Assembly (NCBI GenBank): GCA_046735395.1
Contig: JBJKQR010000063.1
Coordinates: 1-64,000 of the forward strand
Direction: 5' to 3'
DNA from: Fidelibacterota bacterium
GTDB lineage: Bacteria > Fidelibacterota > Fidelibacteria > Fidelibacterales > DSDE01
Length of the DNA stretch: 64,000 nt
Positions 1 to 11,287 of the stretch are shown piece after piece. The notes beneath the pieces were generated by a model. The model worked only from the letters and a program-made list of their open reading frames with translations, searched no databases and was not told the DNA's origin. Numbering within the stretch: the stretch's first letter is position 1; every line of letters begins with the position of its first letter. The translations under genes were made by a program, and so were the position numbers.

Positions 1-143
1 ATATATTCCCTCAGATTATCCAGGCTTCCCGGGTTGCTGTACCAGTCTCCTCCCCCTCCATACCGGAGGCGGGCAATCTGCAGATCGGCGGCAGAAATCC
101 CGGCCGCGAAACAAAGCAATAATAGCAACTTTGTTATTTTCAT
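1..143 (-). CDS. DUF4159-family exported protein, 5' part only (runs off the window)
   Basis: Read manually, absent from the ORF track: ATG at 143 gives MKITKLLLLLCFAAGISAADLQIARLRYGGGGDWYSNPGSLDNLREY, i.e. a signal peptide plus the IAxLxYxGGGDWYxNP..L.NL motif I recognise as DUF4159. Confidence 0.75.
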   Translation of the reverse strand, partial: MKITKLLLLLCFAAGISAADLQIARLRYGGGGDWYSNPGSLDNLREY

Positions 144-179
144 AATGGATGTGTTCGGCTTCGGATATGTGAAAATGGT

Positions 180-1478
180 TTAGTCTATGATTTCCCAGGC
201 ACCGCGTCGCCGCGATCCTGTACGCAACAGTTTTCCATCTTCCTGCAGCTGCAGGCTGTAGAGCTTGGCCGTCGCCTTTGAAATACCGAGTTTCACGGCA
301 ATGTCCTCCAGAGTGAAATGGGGGTGCAGCCGTATGAGTTTCAGCATCTGTTTTTTCCGCTCGTCCACATCCTTGTCGCGGCGCCGCACCGGATCTTCCC
401 GCCGCGATTCCTGCAGTACGAGTGTCAGGACCAGTTTCTGTTTCTGTACCTGGTATTTCAGGGATTTCAATCCATATTCGGACAGGATTGAATTCATTTC
501 CGTAATCGTCATGGTTTCCTGATAGTACCCTGTCTGCTTCAGAGCCGAAAGGATCTGCTGGTAACTGTGATCCATAGGCATTCCCAGAAGCAGCTGCTGT
601 TCCTTCATCCCGGGGACGGACAGATTCAGTTCCCGGCCGTTCAGCCACATTTCAATCGGCTGTTTCTGTGCATAGTCCCGATAGGCCACCGCCATGGCAA
701 AGAGAGGCTGAATGATATGAAGCGGAAAACCCAGTTCCCGGGAACTTTCCTCACGAATCTTTCGGAGGCGCCGAAGGATCTTAAAACAGACAAAATCCGT
801 TGCGCTCTCGATCTGGTTGAACAGGGAACCCCTGAACTGGACGCGCTCAATATCGCCGGTATTCCGCGCCGAGCGTGTTCCGCATTCAATAAAGGCGTAA
901 GGAAAACGTTCGCTCAGCAGCTGACTGTCGGCAAAGAGCAGCATTCCCGAATCATTAAGGTTTCCGTTAGCCAGCAGCCCGGATTCCGTGAGATAGATAT
1001 CAATCTGGCGCCGCGTAATCATGGATATATCCGCGATTCTCCGGCTTACCGCCAGAAACCAACCGACCCGCGACAGGCGGTCATAATCCAGAGCGGATTC
1101 GGCCGGAGGCGTAACAGGTTTATTGAAACTGACCTGAGGCAGATCCGAAATTTCCTCGGTCAGCAGAAACACACTTTTTTCACGATTTCGCGATCCGGTG
1201 TAGGAATTCACCCGGACGGCAAGAATATCTTTATTCTCGAAACGCTGCTTGAAGATATCGATGGCGACCTTCGGTCGAATATTGGCATTCACAATTTCAT
1301 CAATCTCCGCCAGAGTATGTGCGTATATCTCCTGGCCACGAACCGTCCCGTCGCCCTCCACACCAAAATAAATCGTACCTCCGTCCCCATTGGCAAAATC
1401 CACCACATCTTTCAGGAAATCATGTTCTCCCCGATAGTGGGCGTAGAATCGCGTACTATTCATGGCTTTAATTTTCAT
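180..1478 (-). CDS. AlbA_2 (Schlafen-like) domain protein with RecG-C/HATPase_c_4-like middle region and C-terminal winged HTH; degenerate
   Basis: FANGDGGTIYFGVEGDG matches the AlbA_2 core; GSLFNQIE and AVAYRDY match the GxLxxQ and AxxHRDY motifs; C-terminal TLEDIAVKLGISKATAK...LLRTGSRRRGAWEI is a wHTH. Confidence 0.7.
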   Translation of the reverse strand: MKIKAMNSTRFYAHYRGEHDFLKDVVDFANGDGGTIYFGVEGDGTVRGQEIYAHTLAEIDEIVNANIRPKVAIDIFKQRFENKDILAVRVNSYTGSRNREKSVFLLTEEISDLPQVSFNKPVTPPAESALDYDRLSRVGWFLAVSRRIADISMITRRQIDIYLTESGLLANGNLNDSGMLLFADSQLLSERFPYAFIECGTRSARNTGDIERVQFRGSLFNQIESATDFVCFKILRRLRKIREESSRELGFPLHIIQPLFAMAVAYRDYAQKQPIEMWLNGRELNLSVPGMKEQQLLLGMPMDHSYQQILSALKQTGYYQETMTITEMNSILSEYGLKSLKYQVQKQKLVLTLVLQESRREDPVRRRDKDVDERKKQMLKLIRLHPHFTLEDIAVKLGISKATAKLYSLQLQEDGKLLRTGSRRRGAWEIID

Positions 1479-1620
1479 AGCGTTCCCTCTGCAAAGAACT
1501 AAACTTCAGGAGAAAATATATTAAGACCCTCTTCAAATAAAAAGACTTTATACAGAAAATCAGACTATTCTTCACATAAAAACGCTATATTAACCGCGAA
1601 AAATATATAAGGATTTGAAC

Positions 1621-2544
1621 ATGAAACGAATTTTGACAACGATTCTACTAACTGCCCTGATTTTTTCCACGATATGGGCGGCAGGATCTGTAACCGTTCT
1701 GGAAAACCAAAAATTATTTGATGCGAATCAGGGGTATACATCGCCGCATTACGCGTCAACGGGTGACGAAATATTGCTCAGCGGTGAAGGCTTTCATGGT
1801 TTATGGGCCTGGCAGCGAAAAACGGCTGAAGTGACGATGATCAGTGATGCGGCCGGCAGCGGCTACTCGCCTCTTGCACTCAATGACGGGCGTATTCTGT
1901 ACCGGCAGGATGATTTTCGTGCCGGACGCCGGTATACGACGCTCAGACTATATGATAATGCGACAAAGGGCGCCGAGGCTCTGACAGCCGGTGAACGCTT
2001 CGTATCGGACGCACTGGTCAGCGGCGGCCAGCTTCTCTATTTCAGTGACAGTGATGCCAGGCGTGTCACTCTGTCTGCAAACAGCAAATCCGTGATCGAG
2101 GAACCGCAGCTCATCAACACAAATACAACTCTCTATGTATTGCGTTCCGGTAAATGGACGACCTTCAGTCCCCGCGGAGAAGGGCAGTATCTCTGGGGAC
2201 AGCTGTCCCCGGACCGTCAGCGGGTCCTGTTCACGAAAGCCGGTGAAGGCACCTTCGTCTGTGACCTGCAGGGCCGGATCATCGCATCTCTCGGCTATGC
2301 CCAGGCCCCGGACTGGTCCATGGACGGGAAATACATCAGCTATATGATGGACGAGGATGACGGGGAACGCATCACCGCTTCCGATATCTGGATTTACTCT
2401 CTGGCAGACAAGACTGCGGAAAACCTAAGCAACAGCTCAGATAAGATTGAGCTGTATCCGAACTGGGCTCCGGACCGCTACTCCATTGTCTATCAGACTC
2501 TGGACAACGCAATTTATGAACTGAAGCTGGAAGTGAGGAACTGA
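1621..2544 (+). CDS. Exported TolB-like/PD40 beta-propeller protein
   Basis: Signal peptide; repeated SPDR, PDWSMDG and PNWAPD blade motifs; start placed at ATG 1621 after AAGGA. Confidence 0.75.
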   Translation: MKRILTTILLTALIFSTIWAAGSVTVLENQKLFDANQGYTSPHYASTGDEILLSGEGFHGLWAWQRKTAEVTMISDAAGSGYSPLALNDGRILYRQDDFRAGRRYTTLRLYDNATKGAEALTAGERFVSDALVSGGQLLYFSDSDARRVTLSANSKSVIEEPQLINTNTTLYVLRSGKWTTFSPRGEGQYLWGQLSPDRQRVLFTKAGEGTFVCDLQGRIIASLGYAQAPDWSMDGKYISYMMDEDDGERITASDIWIYSLADKTAENLSNSSDKIELYPNWAPDRYSIVYQTLDNAIYELKLEVRN

Positions 2545-2546
2545 TC

Positions 2547-4817
2547 ATGAAAAAACTCCTGCTGATCCTGACACTCTTTCCCTTTCTGGCCTATGCAGGC
2601 CGGCTTGACGGAGTAAAAATATGCATCAACCCCGGCCATGGAGGACATGATTCCAATGATCGCTTCATCGCAGAAACCGGATTCTGGGAATCGGATGGGA
2701 ACCTGACCAAAGGCCTGGCACTTCGGGATATTCTGGAGGCTGAAGGCGCAACAATCATCATGACCCGAACCCAAAACCGGACGGAAGATGATCTGCCGCT
2801 CAACAGCGGTAGCAATCCCAGCCTTACATCTATCGTATCCATCGCGAACAATAATCATGTGGACTATATGCATGCCATTCACAGCAACGGTTATAATGGT
2901 CAATTGAATTATACCCTGCTGCTGTTTCAGGGTGGCGATGATACACCCACCTATGCCGGATCCAAAGTCATGAGCACCTATCTGGCAGACGAAATCAATG
3001 CTGCCAACCGCACCACGGGGAAATATGTCCGCGGTGATTTTGACTTTTACGGAACCGGCCAGGCTTATCTGGGTGTCTTCAAGGGCCTGACCATGGCCGC
3101 ATCCCTCTCGGAAGGCTCATTTCACGATTACGTACCCGAGAGCTGGCGTCTCATGAATCTCGATTACCGCCGGAATGAAGCCCGCGCCATTGCCAGGGGA
3201 TTCTTCAGCTATTTCGAAGCCTCACCCTTCGACAGCGCTACCGTTGCCGGTCGGGTTCTGGATAACAACCGTTCTGTTACCTACTTTGCCAACAGCCTGG
3301 ATACGAAGCTGCCTGTAAATCATGTTACAGTAACCCTGGAACCGGGACATCTTGTCTACACCGGCGATGGGAACCACAACGGATTTTATGTTTTTCCGTC
3401 GGTCGCCCCGGGCAGCTACATGCTCTATGTGGAAGCACCCTTCTACAAGCCGGACAGCTTCAGCATCACTGTGTCCGGCGGAATCACGAATTTCCATGAT
3501 TTCAAACTGGAAGATGACGGCACACTCCCGCCTTCTACGCCGGCATCAGCCTATCAGATCATCGGGAGTGACGGGTCTGTCGGCATTCAGTGCAGTGCCA
3601 CTGAAAATGCAAACAGCTACCGGGCCTGCATTTATGATGAAAGCATGACGGCGGTGGATACGCTGAGTTCCGACTCCACTCTGATCACCTTCACACCCGA
3701 ATCGGGCAAAGTCTATTAATACCGTGTTGCCGCCGAAAATGTGGGCGGTACATCTCCATACACAAAACGCCTTTACGGTCTGGCGCGCCACGCCAGCGCC
3801 AAGAAACTGCTGCTGGTCAACGGTTTTGACCGCAGTACGAATTCCCGCTTTGATTATGTTCGCTTCTATGGCTCTTCCATTCTGGGAGGCGGCTACGGCT
3901 TTGATTACGCCCTGAATGAAGACATCACCAGCGGAAGGATGTCCCTGAATGACTACAGCACCGTCGTCTGGCTTCTCGGTGATGAAAGCACAAATCTGGA
4001 AAGCTTCAGCTCTGCCGAGCAGACGATAGTAAAATCGTTTCTGGACGGAGGGGGACATTTCTTTGTGAGCGGCTCGGAAATCGCCTGGGATCTGGATTAT
4101 AAGGGAGGGAGCGCAGACAAGGATTTCATCCATGATTACCTGAAAGCTGCCTATGCTGCAGATGCGCCCGGAAATGTATCCGGAACCTATTACAAGGCCA
4201 GCGGTAAGGCAGGCGGTATTTTCGACGGACTTGCAAGTCTGACTTTCGATAATGGCCAGCACGGCACCATCAATGTGAGTTATGCAGACGCCCTCACCCC
4301 TCAGGGTTATGCCGCACCGGTCATGACCTATAATTCTGTCAGCAATTACAACGTTGCCGGTGTGATCTTCGTGGGAAAATTCCCCGGCTCCACAGGCCCG
4401 GTCGGCAAGCTCGTTTATCTCGGATTCCCCTTTGAAACCCTTTATCCGGCAACGTCCCGGGATGCTGTCATGTCGGATGTTTTGGCGTTCTTCGACGAAG
4501 CCGTAAGCGGCGTCGCTGATGCAGGGGTTCAGGCGGATCATTTTCTGCTCGCCGGCGCCTACCCCAATCCCTTCAACCCGACAACGACCATTTCCTGGTC
4601 AACCAGTGAAAACGGGCCGGTGAATCTCTCTGTGTATGATATCAGCGGGCGTCTCACCTGTCGGATCATCCGGAATGAAAACATGACCCCCGGATCCTAC
4701 CAGACCATCTGGAATGGAAGGACTGAGTCAGGGATGCAGGCCGCTTCAGGTGTTTACATCATCCGCCTGCAGCAGAATGGAAAGCAGGTTACGCAGCGCT
4801 GCAGCCTGCAGAAATAA
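2547..4817 (+). pseudogene. Secreted N-acetylmuramoyl-L-alanine amidase (Amidase_3, carboxypeptidase-regulatory-like, FN3, PNPFN/FlgD-type CTD) interrupted by one in-frame TAA at 3717-3719
   Basis: ORFs 2547-3719 and 3741-4817 share a frame; the junction reads GKVY*YRVAAENVGGTS, an FN3 strand. Amidase motifs INPGHGG, E(SDGNL), IHSN, SEGSF; CTD YPNPFNPTTTI...SGVYIIRL. Confidence 0.75.
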
Positions 4818-4824
4818 TTTAACG

Positions 4825-4866
4825 CCGGGGAACTCCGATCGGGGTTACCGCGATCGGAGGGCCCGG
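4825..4866 (+). promoter_or_regulatory. GC-rich hairpin covering the Shine-Dalgarno of the M1 peptidase gene
   Basis: CTCCGATCG (4833-4841) pairs with CGATCGGAG (4851-4859); outer CCGGG/CCCGG arms; SD GGAGG at 4856-4860; no U-tract. Confidence 0.45.
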
Positions 4867-6875
4867 TGATATATCCCAAATATTTTACCTTCATTACCGC
4901 CATGCTGATTTCAGCGGGGCTGTATGGTATTGTACCGACAAACCGAAGCGAATTTATCCGGGAACGGCAGGCGATCATGAGGGCAGACCGTGATCGGGAG
5001 GCCCGGCGGATGCAGCTTAAAAAATCGGCAGCAACAAGCCGGAAAGATTATGGCTACGATGTCAGCTATTACAACATCGACCTGCAGTTCATCCCTGAAA
5101 AAGCAATCATTAAGGGCTTTGTGGATATCAACTTCCTTGTATCGGCAGACAGTCTTCGTGATATTGATGTGGATTTTACCGCAAATATGGTCGTAGATAG
5201 TATTTCAGGAGCCATATCCACATTCAATCATACGGATGACGCAATCAGTATAACCCTTGATTCCGCACTGCAGGCCGGCCAGCCGGGAAGCCTCCGCATT
5301 TATTACCATGGTTCTCCCCAGTCCGGAGGCTTCGGCGCATTCGGTTTTGATCGACACCCCGATAATTCAGCTCCCATCATCTGGTCCCTGAGTGAGCCCT
5401 ACTACTCCCACAGCTGGTGGCCCTGCAAGGACCTTCCCAATGACAAGGCTGACAGTGTATCCATATCGCTCTCTGTGCCGACGGGACTGATCGCGGTTTC
5501 AAACGGGAGTCTGAAATCCGTAGTGAATGATTCCATTCCCGGAATGGACACCTACCGCTGGTATGAGAAATATCCCATCTGCCCCTATCTTGTCTCGGTC
5601 GCCATCTCCAACTACACATCTTTCAGCGAATGGTATCACTATACTGAAAATGACAGCATGAGAATTGACTATTATGTCTATCCGGAGAATCTGGATATTG
5701 CACGCGCTCAGCTGACGGAAACACCCCAGATGCTCAGCGTGTTCAGCGGGATGTACGGCCTCTACCCCTTCATTGATGAAAAATACGGCATCGCCCAGTT
5801 TCCCTGGGGCGGCGGCATGGAGCACCAGACCATCACCTCGCAGGGTGGCTTCAATATCGTACTGACTGTCCATGAACTCTCACACCAGTGGTTCGGTGAC
5901 AAGATCACTACGCCCAACTGGAAGGAAATCTGGCTCAATGAAGGATTCGCCTCCTACTCGGAAGCGCTGTATTTCGAGAAAACCCGGGGTGAAGACTATT
6001 TTCATTCCTACATGAGCTGGATGACCGGGCCCTTCGCGTACCCCATTTTTGTGGATGACACAAGCAGTGTAAATCGTATTTTCGACAATACGGTGTACGA
6101 CAAGGGTGCCTGGGTTCTCCACATGCTCCGGCATATCGTCGGCGACAGCACCTTTTTCACAATTCTGAAAGATTATCAGGCGGATCCCCGCTTTGCCTAC
6201 GGCAATTCATCCACAGCTGCATTCCGGGATGTATGCGAATCCCATTCAGACCTGGACCTTCATCCTTTTTTCAATGCGTGGATGAATTATCCCGGACGCC
6301 CCGAATACGATATTTCATGGAATATGAATCCGGATGGCCAGTCCATGCATCTCAGAATCCGGCAGTTGCAGGCCCGGACATCAACGGTATTTCCTCTGCC
6401 CCTGGACATCACACTTTCCGGCATTTACGGAGATACGCTTGTGACCGTCATGAATGATATAGCGGATCAGAGCTGGGACATCCCTGTTTCCAATGCCATA
6501 TCAGGCATCACGGTCGATGAGAACAACTGGGTCCTGAAGACCATTGCCAGTCTCACTCATATTTCTTCGGACCCGACGCTGCCGAGAACTGTGGAACTGA
6601 ACCAGAATTCACCCAATCCTTTTAATGGCGGAACGGTCATCAGTTTCAATCTGCCCCGGAACGCGGCTGTCAGGCTTCTCATATTCGATGTGACCGGACA
6701 TCTTGTCGATGAGATCAGCAATGGAATCATCTATGAGCGGGGACAGCACATCCTTCACTGGAACGGAAGGTCACGGAGCGGGACGGACCTTCCCTCCGGA
6801 ATCTACTTTTACAGACTGCAGACTCCGGACAGCGGTGTGACAAGTCCGGCAAAAAAAATGCTATTGATCAAATAA
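4866..6875 (+). CDS. Secreted M1-family aminopeptidase with PNPFN/FlgD-type C-terminal domain
   Basis: GGMEH, HELSH (HExxH), WLNEGFA and YDKG motifs; C-terminal NSPNPFN...SGIYFYRL. Confidence 0.9.
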   Translation: MIYPKYFTFITAMLISAGLYGIVPTNRSEFIRERQAIMRADRDREARRMQLKKSAATSRKDYGYDVSYYNIDLQFIPEKAIIKGFVDINFLVSADSLRDIDVDFTANMVVDSISGAISTFNHTDDAISITLDSALQAGQPGSLRIYYHGSPQSGGFGAFGFDRHPDNSAPIIWSLSEPYYSHSWWPCKDLPNDKADSVSISLSVPTGLIAVSNGSLKSVVNDSIPGMDTYRWYEKYPICPYLVSVAISNYTSFSEWYHYTENDSMRIDYYVYPENLDIARAQLTETPQMLSVFSGMYGLYPFIDEKYGIAQFPWGGGMEHQTITSQGGFNIVLTVHELSHQWFGDKITTPNWKEIWLNEGFASYSEALYFEKTRGEDYFHSYMSWMTGPFAYPIFVDDTSSVNRIFDNTVYDKGAWVLHMLRHIVGDSTFFTILKDYQADPRFAYGNSSTAAFRDVCESHSDLDLHPFFNAWMNYPGRPEYDISWNMNPDGQSMHLRIRQLQARTSTVFPLPLDITLSGIYGDTLVTVMNDIADQSWDIPVSNAISGITVDENNWVLKTIASLTHISSDPTLPRTVELNQNSPNPFNGGTVISFNLPRNAAVRLLIFDVTGHLVDEISNGIIYERGQHILHWNGRSRSGTDLPSGIYFYRLQTPDSGVTSPAKKMLLIK

Positions 6876-6877
6876 AG

Positions 6878-8323
6878 TTATAAATCCGCCTGAATGACCC
6901 GGTTCCGGCCCTCATTCTTCGCCTGGTACAGGGCGCTGTCCGCTTTCCGGATCAGAACTTCCGGATTCGTATCGCGGCTCGGCCGGAGTGTGGAGACCCC
7001 CACAGAGATGGTGACAACCCGGGATGCGCGGGACTTGGCATGAGGGATCATCATGCTCTCCACCGCTTCCCGGCACATATGGGCCACACGGATGGCTGAT
7101 AAACCGGTATCGGGCAGAATGAGAGCAAATTCCTCTCCTCCGTAGCGAGCCAGCAGATCTCCGGCCCTGGAGATGACGCCTGCCAGCGCCTGGGCCACAT
7201 CCATCAGACAATTATCCCCGGCGACATGGCCGTATTCATCATTATAATTCTTGAAAAAATCAATATCCATCATGACCAGGGTCAGCGCCGTACCCGTACG
7301 GGTGCAGCGTCGCCATTCGTAGTCCAGTGTCTTATCGAATTTGCGACGGTTGGCTATCCCCGTCAGCCCGTCTGTCATACTCATGTTTCTCAGCTGCCGG
7401 TTGATGATATTCAGTTCACTGGTCCGCAGCTGAACTTTCCGCTCCACTTCCCTTGAATAGCGAATAAGAACAAAATAGAGGATGGAGATCAGCAGCAATG
7501 CAGCCGTACCGGCGAAGAGGACAAGTCCGGACAGCTCGGAGGATTCATTTTCCTGAAAGATCAGAGACTGCATGAGATAGAATGATGATTTCGAGGCGGC
7601 ATCCAGCGAAACCGCGTAGGCAGAATCAAAGGTCGTATCGGGAGCAGCGCCCTTTCCCGCCAGAAAAACCGCCTGGCCGAAACGTTCCATAAAGAGGGAC
7701 CTGTCCAGAGAGAGGACATTTGCGCTCCCAATCCGGGCCGCCGGTAGAAAAGCTTCAGGATCCAAAAAGAAAAATATGAAAGCCCGGTCTCTTCCGGTCG
7801 GATCGGTTCCCTGCAGCAGGAACAGGCCTGTCGTATCACTTTCCTTGAAAAGCTGCCTGGAATCAACATAAACCCGGTCATGCCGTCCGGCAAGAAAACC
7901 CGACAGATCCCTGCGCGCGGGAGTTCCGGCCGGTACCGAAGCCGAATCAGCCTGCCAGAGTGTGTGCAGATCATAAACACAGGAGGAGTCTCCGGAAACA
8001 GTTCCCGGTGCCGGTTTCCGAAACATCAATCCGGCTGCCTTCAATCCGGTTCTTCCCGGACAGAGTACCGACATCCGGGATTTTATATCTTCCCTATTCT
8101 GCTCATCAGGCACCATTTCCACACCGGCAGAAATTCCATCCATCATGTCGGCCATATCCCTGAATCGCTGTTCGCTCTGTTTCACCAGATCATCAAAAAT
8201 CAGTCTCGAAACCACTCGATTACTCTGCTCCAGTTCCCTTTTCAGGACCATACTGAGCATCACCAGCCCGAAAAAGGCTGCCAGGACGACAGCAATAAAC
8301 AGAAGATGGCGAAGTTTTTTCAT
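6878..8323 (-). CDS. Membrane-bound diguanylate cyclase
   Basis: Two TM segments around a periplasmic domain; [21 protein letters not shown]-site and intact RYGGEEF. Confidence 0.92.
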   Translation of the reverse strand: MKKLRHLLFIAVVLAAFFGLVMLSMVLKRELEQSNRVVSRLIFDDLVKQSEQRFRDMADMMDGISAGVEMVPDEQNREDIKSRMSVLCPGRTGLKAAGLMFRKPAPGTVSGDSSCVYDLHTLWQADSASVPAGTPARRDLSGFLAGRHDRVYVDSRQLFKESDTTGLFLLQGTDPTGRDRAFIFFFLDPEAFLPAARIGSANVLSLDRSLFMERFGQAVFLAGKGAAPDTTFDSAYAVSLDAASKSSFYLMQSLIFQENESSELSGLVLFAGTAALLLISILYFVLIRYSREVERKVQLRTSELNIINRQLRNMSMTDGLTGIANRRKFDKTLDYEWRRCTRTGTALTLVMMDIDFFKNYNDEYGHVAGDNCLMDVAQALAGVISRAGDLLARYGGEEFALILPDTGLSAIRVAHMCREAVESMMIPHAKSRASRVVTISVGVSTLRPSRDTNPEVLIRKADSALYQAKNEGRNRVIQADL

Positions 8324-10770
8324 TTTTTCACGGACGTTACATTAAAGAATTCCCCGAGAGCTTCAGACAGTTTCTGGGGATTGATGGGTTTTGACAGATA
8401 ATTATTCATACCGGCCTCGATGCAGCGGTCATAATCCTCCTGCCGGGAATTTGCCGTCATGGCAACGATGGGAATGGAAGCCAGAGGAGTGAGATCCGGA
8501 TCATCTGAATGCAGCCACGAACGTATTTCCCGGGTAGCGGTATAGCCATCCATCACCGGCATCTGACAATCCATCAGCACCAGATCATAGTGATGGGTTT
8601 TGATCTGTTCCACGGCCTTTTTCCCATTTTCGGCAATATCGCAATTGTAGCCCAGTTTGTCGAGGACACGCCTGGCAACCATCTGATTCACCTGATTATC
8701 CTCAACGAGCAGTATCTGCTGATGACGCCGTTTATCCTCAGTCAGAGTATACTTGGTAATCAGCTGCGGCGGATTGACCATATCCAGTTTCTTGCTGCCG
8801 AGTATCTGTTCGATACAGTCCTTCAGCAGGGACAGTTTCAGAGGTTTGCTCAGGAAGGCGGCAAATCCGATATCGTAGAGGCGGGCCGCATCTCCGCGTT
8901 TTCCGATGGAGGTCATCATCACCAGCTGAATATGAGCAAGATTCGGGTCGTCTTTCACTTCCTGTCCGAATTGCTCTCCATCCATATCCGGCATCATCTT
9001 GTCAGTAAACACAATGTCAAAATGCTGCTTTCTCAGCAGCTGCAAGGCAATGACGGCATTCTCCGCTTCCGCGTAATCAAAGCCCCAGCTCTTCAGCTGA
9101 CGTACCAGAATGAGTCGGTTCGTCTCATTATCATCTACAATGAGAATACGTACATTCTCATTTTTTATCTTGATCTGCGGTGACATTCTCACCTGCTGCA
9201 CCGGCTGCTTGGCAAAGACAGCGGAAAACCAGAAGACGCTGCCCTCACCTTCCGTGCTGGTTACGCCTATTTCACCCTGCATGAGTTCGGTGAGCTGTTT
9301 GGATATGGAGAGACCGAGGCCCGTTCCACCGAATTTCCGGGTGACAGACGCATCCACCTGAGTGAAGGATTCAAACATGGAACGCTGTTTGTCCATCGGA
9401 ATACCGATTCCCGTGTCCCGGACCTTGAAGCGCAGGGTAATATTATCCTCGTCCTCCGCATCCACCGAAACATGAATACTGATTTCCCCTTCGGTCGTGA
9501 ATTTGATGGCATTTCCGATCAGATTGATCAGAATCTGCCGCAGCCGTCCCGGATCACCGATAAGCAGACGCTTGATATTGGGCTCAATGTCTGTCGTGTA
9601 TTCAAGTTTTTTCTGCTGAGCCTTATAGGCCATGATATCGGCAATGTCCTCCAGACAGGTCTGAAGATCGAAATTGATCTTTTCCAGTTCCAGCTTACCG
9701 GCTTCAACCTTGGAAAAATCCAGGATATCATTGATAATAATAAGCAGCGCATCGGCGCTGTTCCGGATAATGCTGGCATATTCATACTGATCCGTCTTGA
9801 GCTCCGTATCCAGAAGCAGATCCACCATCCCGATCACACCGTTCATGGGTGTGCGGATCTCATGGCTCATATTCGCCAGAAACTCACTTTTCGCCCGCGT
9901 CGCCTCCTCGGCGATGAGTTTGGCCTTGCTCAGCTCAACATTGGCCTCCTCCACTTCCTTTCCCCAGTGATTGATTTCCTGGGCAAATAGTTCCGCATCC
10001 TCCTTGGCTGCGGTGAGGCGCTGATTATTCAATGCGATACGGCGGGCAATCCGTCTGCCGGTGAAAAGCACCGTAACTGCGATCAGCAGCAGCAGGATGA
10101 ATTGAAAATAGAAATAGCGCGCATTGTAGCTCATATCCTCTTTATAGATATTCCGGCGGTAGAGGATGGACCTGTAGGACAATTCAGTCTGGAGAGTGCT
10201 GATGACGTCGAACAGCTCCCGTCCCCGGGCAAGACAATGGCGAACATTCTTTCCCGGATCCTTGCCGCCCGGAGCAGATCGGACATCTAGAGAAAGACAG
10301 AGACTGTCGGTCGTGCTTCGCAGATTGATAATGATCGAATCAAGATTTGTAAACCACATTTTATCAAATCCCAATGATACAGGCTGATAGGAAATTTCCT
10401 CGGCGACGAGGTCATAGCTGCCTTCCTGATAATGGACATTGAAACGCAGGGTTCCCCCGTCCCGTACGCAGCGTATGATCTCATCCACCCGGCCCAGTTC
10501 CCGGTATATCTGATGACTGACCACCTCGTTTCGCTCCGTTTCCGGGATTCCCAGCAACTGATAATAAAATGTTTCTATCTGCCGCACGCTCGAATCCAGC
10601 TTGTCATTGAGCGTCAGCAATTCATCAATATTATGCAGCTGGTCACTGTATCGGTCATTACTCTGATAAATGCGAAAATTAACCAGCAGGATCATCAGCA
10701 ATCCCATGAGCACAATGAGGATAAGAAGGGAGAGATCGCGATTGATAATTTTACTGAAAAATTTATTCAT
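8320..10770 (-). CDS. Hybrid sensor histidine kinase (HisKA, HATPase, two receiver domains)
   Basis: [16 protein letters not shown]-box; [22 protein letters not shown]; two REC domains ([18 protein letters not shown]). Start is ATG 10770 or GTG 10815. Confidence 0.93.
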   Translation of the reverse strand: MNKFFSKIINRDLSLLILIVLMGLLMILLVNFRIYQSNDRYSDQLHNIDELLTLNDKLDSSVRQIETFYYQLLGIPETERNEVVSHQIYRELGRVDEIIRCVRDGGTLRFNVHYQEGSYDLVAEEISYQPVSLGFDKMWFTNLDSIIINLRSTTDSLCLSLDVRSAPGGKDPGKNVRHCLARGRELFDVISTLQTELSYRSILYRRNIYKEDMSYNARYFYFQFILLLLIAVTVLFTGRRIARRIALNNQRLTAAKEDAELFAQEINHWGKEVEEANVELSKAKLIAEEATRAKSEFLANMSHEIRTPMNGVIGMVDLLLDTELKTDQYEYASIIRNSADALLIIINDILDFSKVEAGKLELEKINFDLQTCLEDIADIMAYKAQQKKLEYTTDIEPNIKRLLIGDPGRLRQILINLIGNAIKFTTEGEISIHVSVDAEDEDNITLRFKVRDTGIGIPMDKQRSMFESFTQVDASVTRKFGGTGLGLSISKQLTELMQGEIGVTSTEGEGSVFWFSAVFAKQPVQQVRMSPQIKIKNENVRILIVDDNETNRLILVRQLKSWGFDYAEAENAVIALQLLRKQHFDIVFTDKMMPDMDGEQFGQEVKDDPNLAHIQLVMMTSIGKRGDAARLYDIGFAAFLSKPLKLSLLKDCIEQILGSKKLDMVNPPQLITKYTLTEDKRRHQQILLVEDNQVNQMVARRVLDKLGYNCDIAENGKKAVEQIKTHHYDLVLMDCQMPVMDGYTATREIRSWLHSDDPDLTPLASIPIVAMTANSRQEDYDRCIEAGMNNYLSKPINPQKLSEALGEFFNVTSVKK

Positions 10771-10840
10771 GGACGGAGCAACTCTCCTTATTGAAGGTAA
10801 GATACATGATTTCACAATGAGTGAAAAGCATTTTCCTGCC

Positions 10841-11254
10841 CTATCCCGCCACGGTTGGCAGTGCCAGTATGCATTTACCCAGTTTCACTCCCTTGCGTGA
10901 AAAGATATTATCCGCGATTTCCCGGATGATCCGGGACTGGTTTTTCACGACCACGATTTCCAGACACAGATCATGATCGATATGAATATGATTCGAAAAT
11001 ACGATGCTGTCCGTATGCCGGTGCTGATATCCGGTGAGCTCAGCGTCCAGATCTCTGCGGTGGTGGTCGTAGACATACATGATGACGCCGAAAATCATAT
11101 CCTCACTCTCCTGCTCCTCCTCGCTGATCATCTGACGAACAAGATCCCGAAGCGCCTCGGAACGGTTGCTGTACCCCTTCATCTGAATATGTTCATCAAA
11201 TCTCCTGAGCAGATCCCGGTCCATTGATACACCAAAACGGGAAACTTCATCCAT
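10841..11254 (-). CDS. nikR: Nickel-responsive transcriptional regulator NikR
   Basis: RHH N-terminus RFGVSM...[15 protein letters not shown]; Ni ligands in QHRH and [11 protein letters not shown]. Confidence 0.92.
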   Translation of the reverse strand: MDEVSRFGVSMDRDLLRRFDEHIQMKGYSNRSEALRDLVRQMISEEEQESEDMIFGVIMYVYDHHRRDLDAELTGYQHRHTDSIVFSNHIHIDHDLCLEIVVVKNQSRIIREIADNIFSRKGVKLGKCILALPTVAG

Positions 11255-11260
11255 GCCGGC

Positions 11261-11287
11261 TCCTTACTGTTTTTACGAATTTAGCAC
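11261..11287. promoter_or_regulatory. Possible NikR autoregulatory operator overlapping the nikR SD
   Basis: TCCTTAC-N13-TTAGCAC is a partial match to the GTGTTAC-N13-GTAACAC-type NikR box. Confidence 0.3.

Noticed and set aside
3717..3719. Genome-wide stop-codon reassignment
   Set aside because: TAA and TGA end many conserved genes at their expected C-termini (acpP, rpmF, glmS); only the selD UGA has a SECIS.
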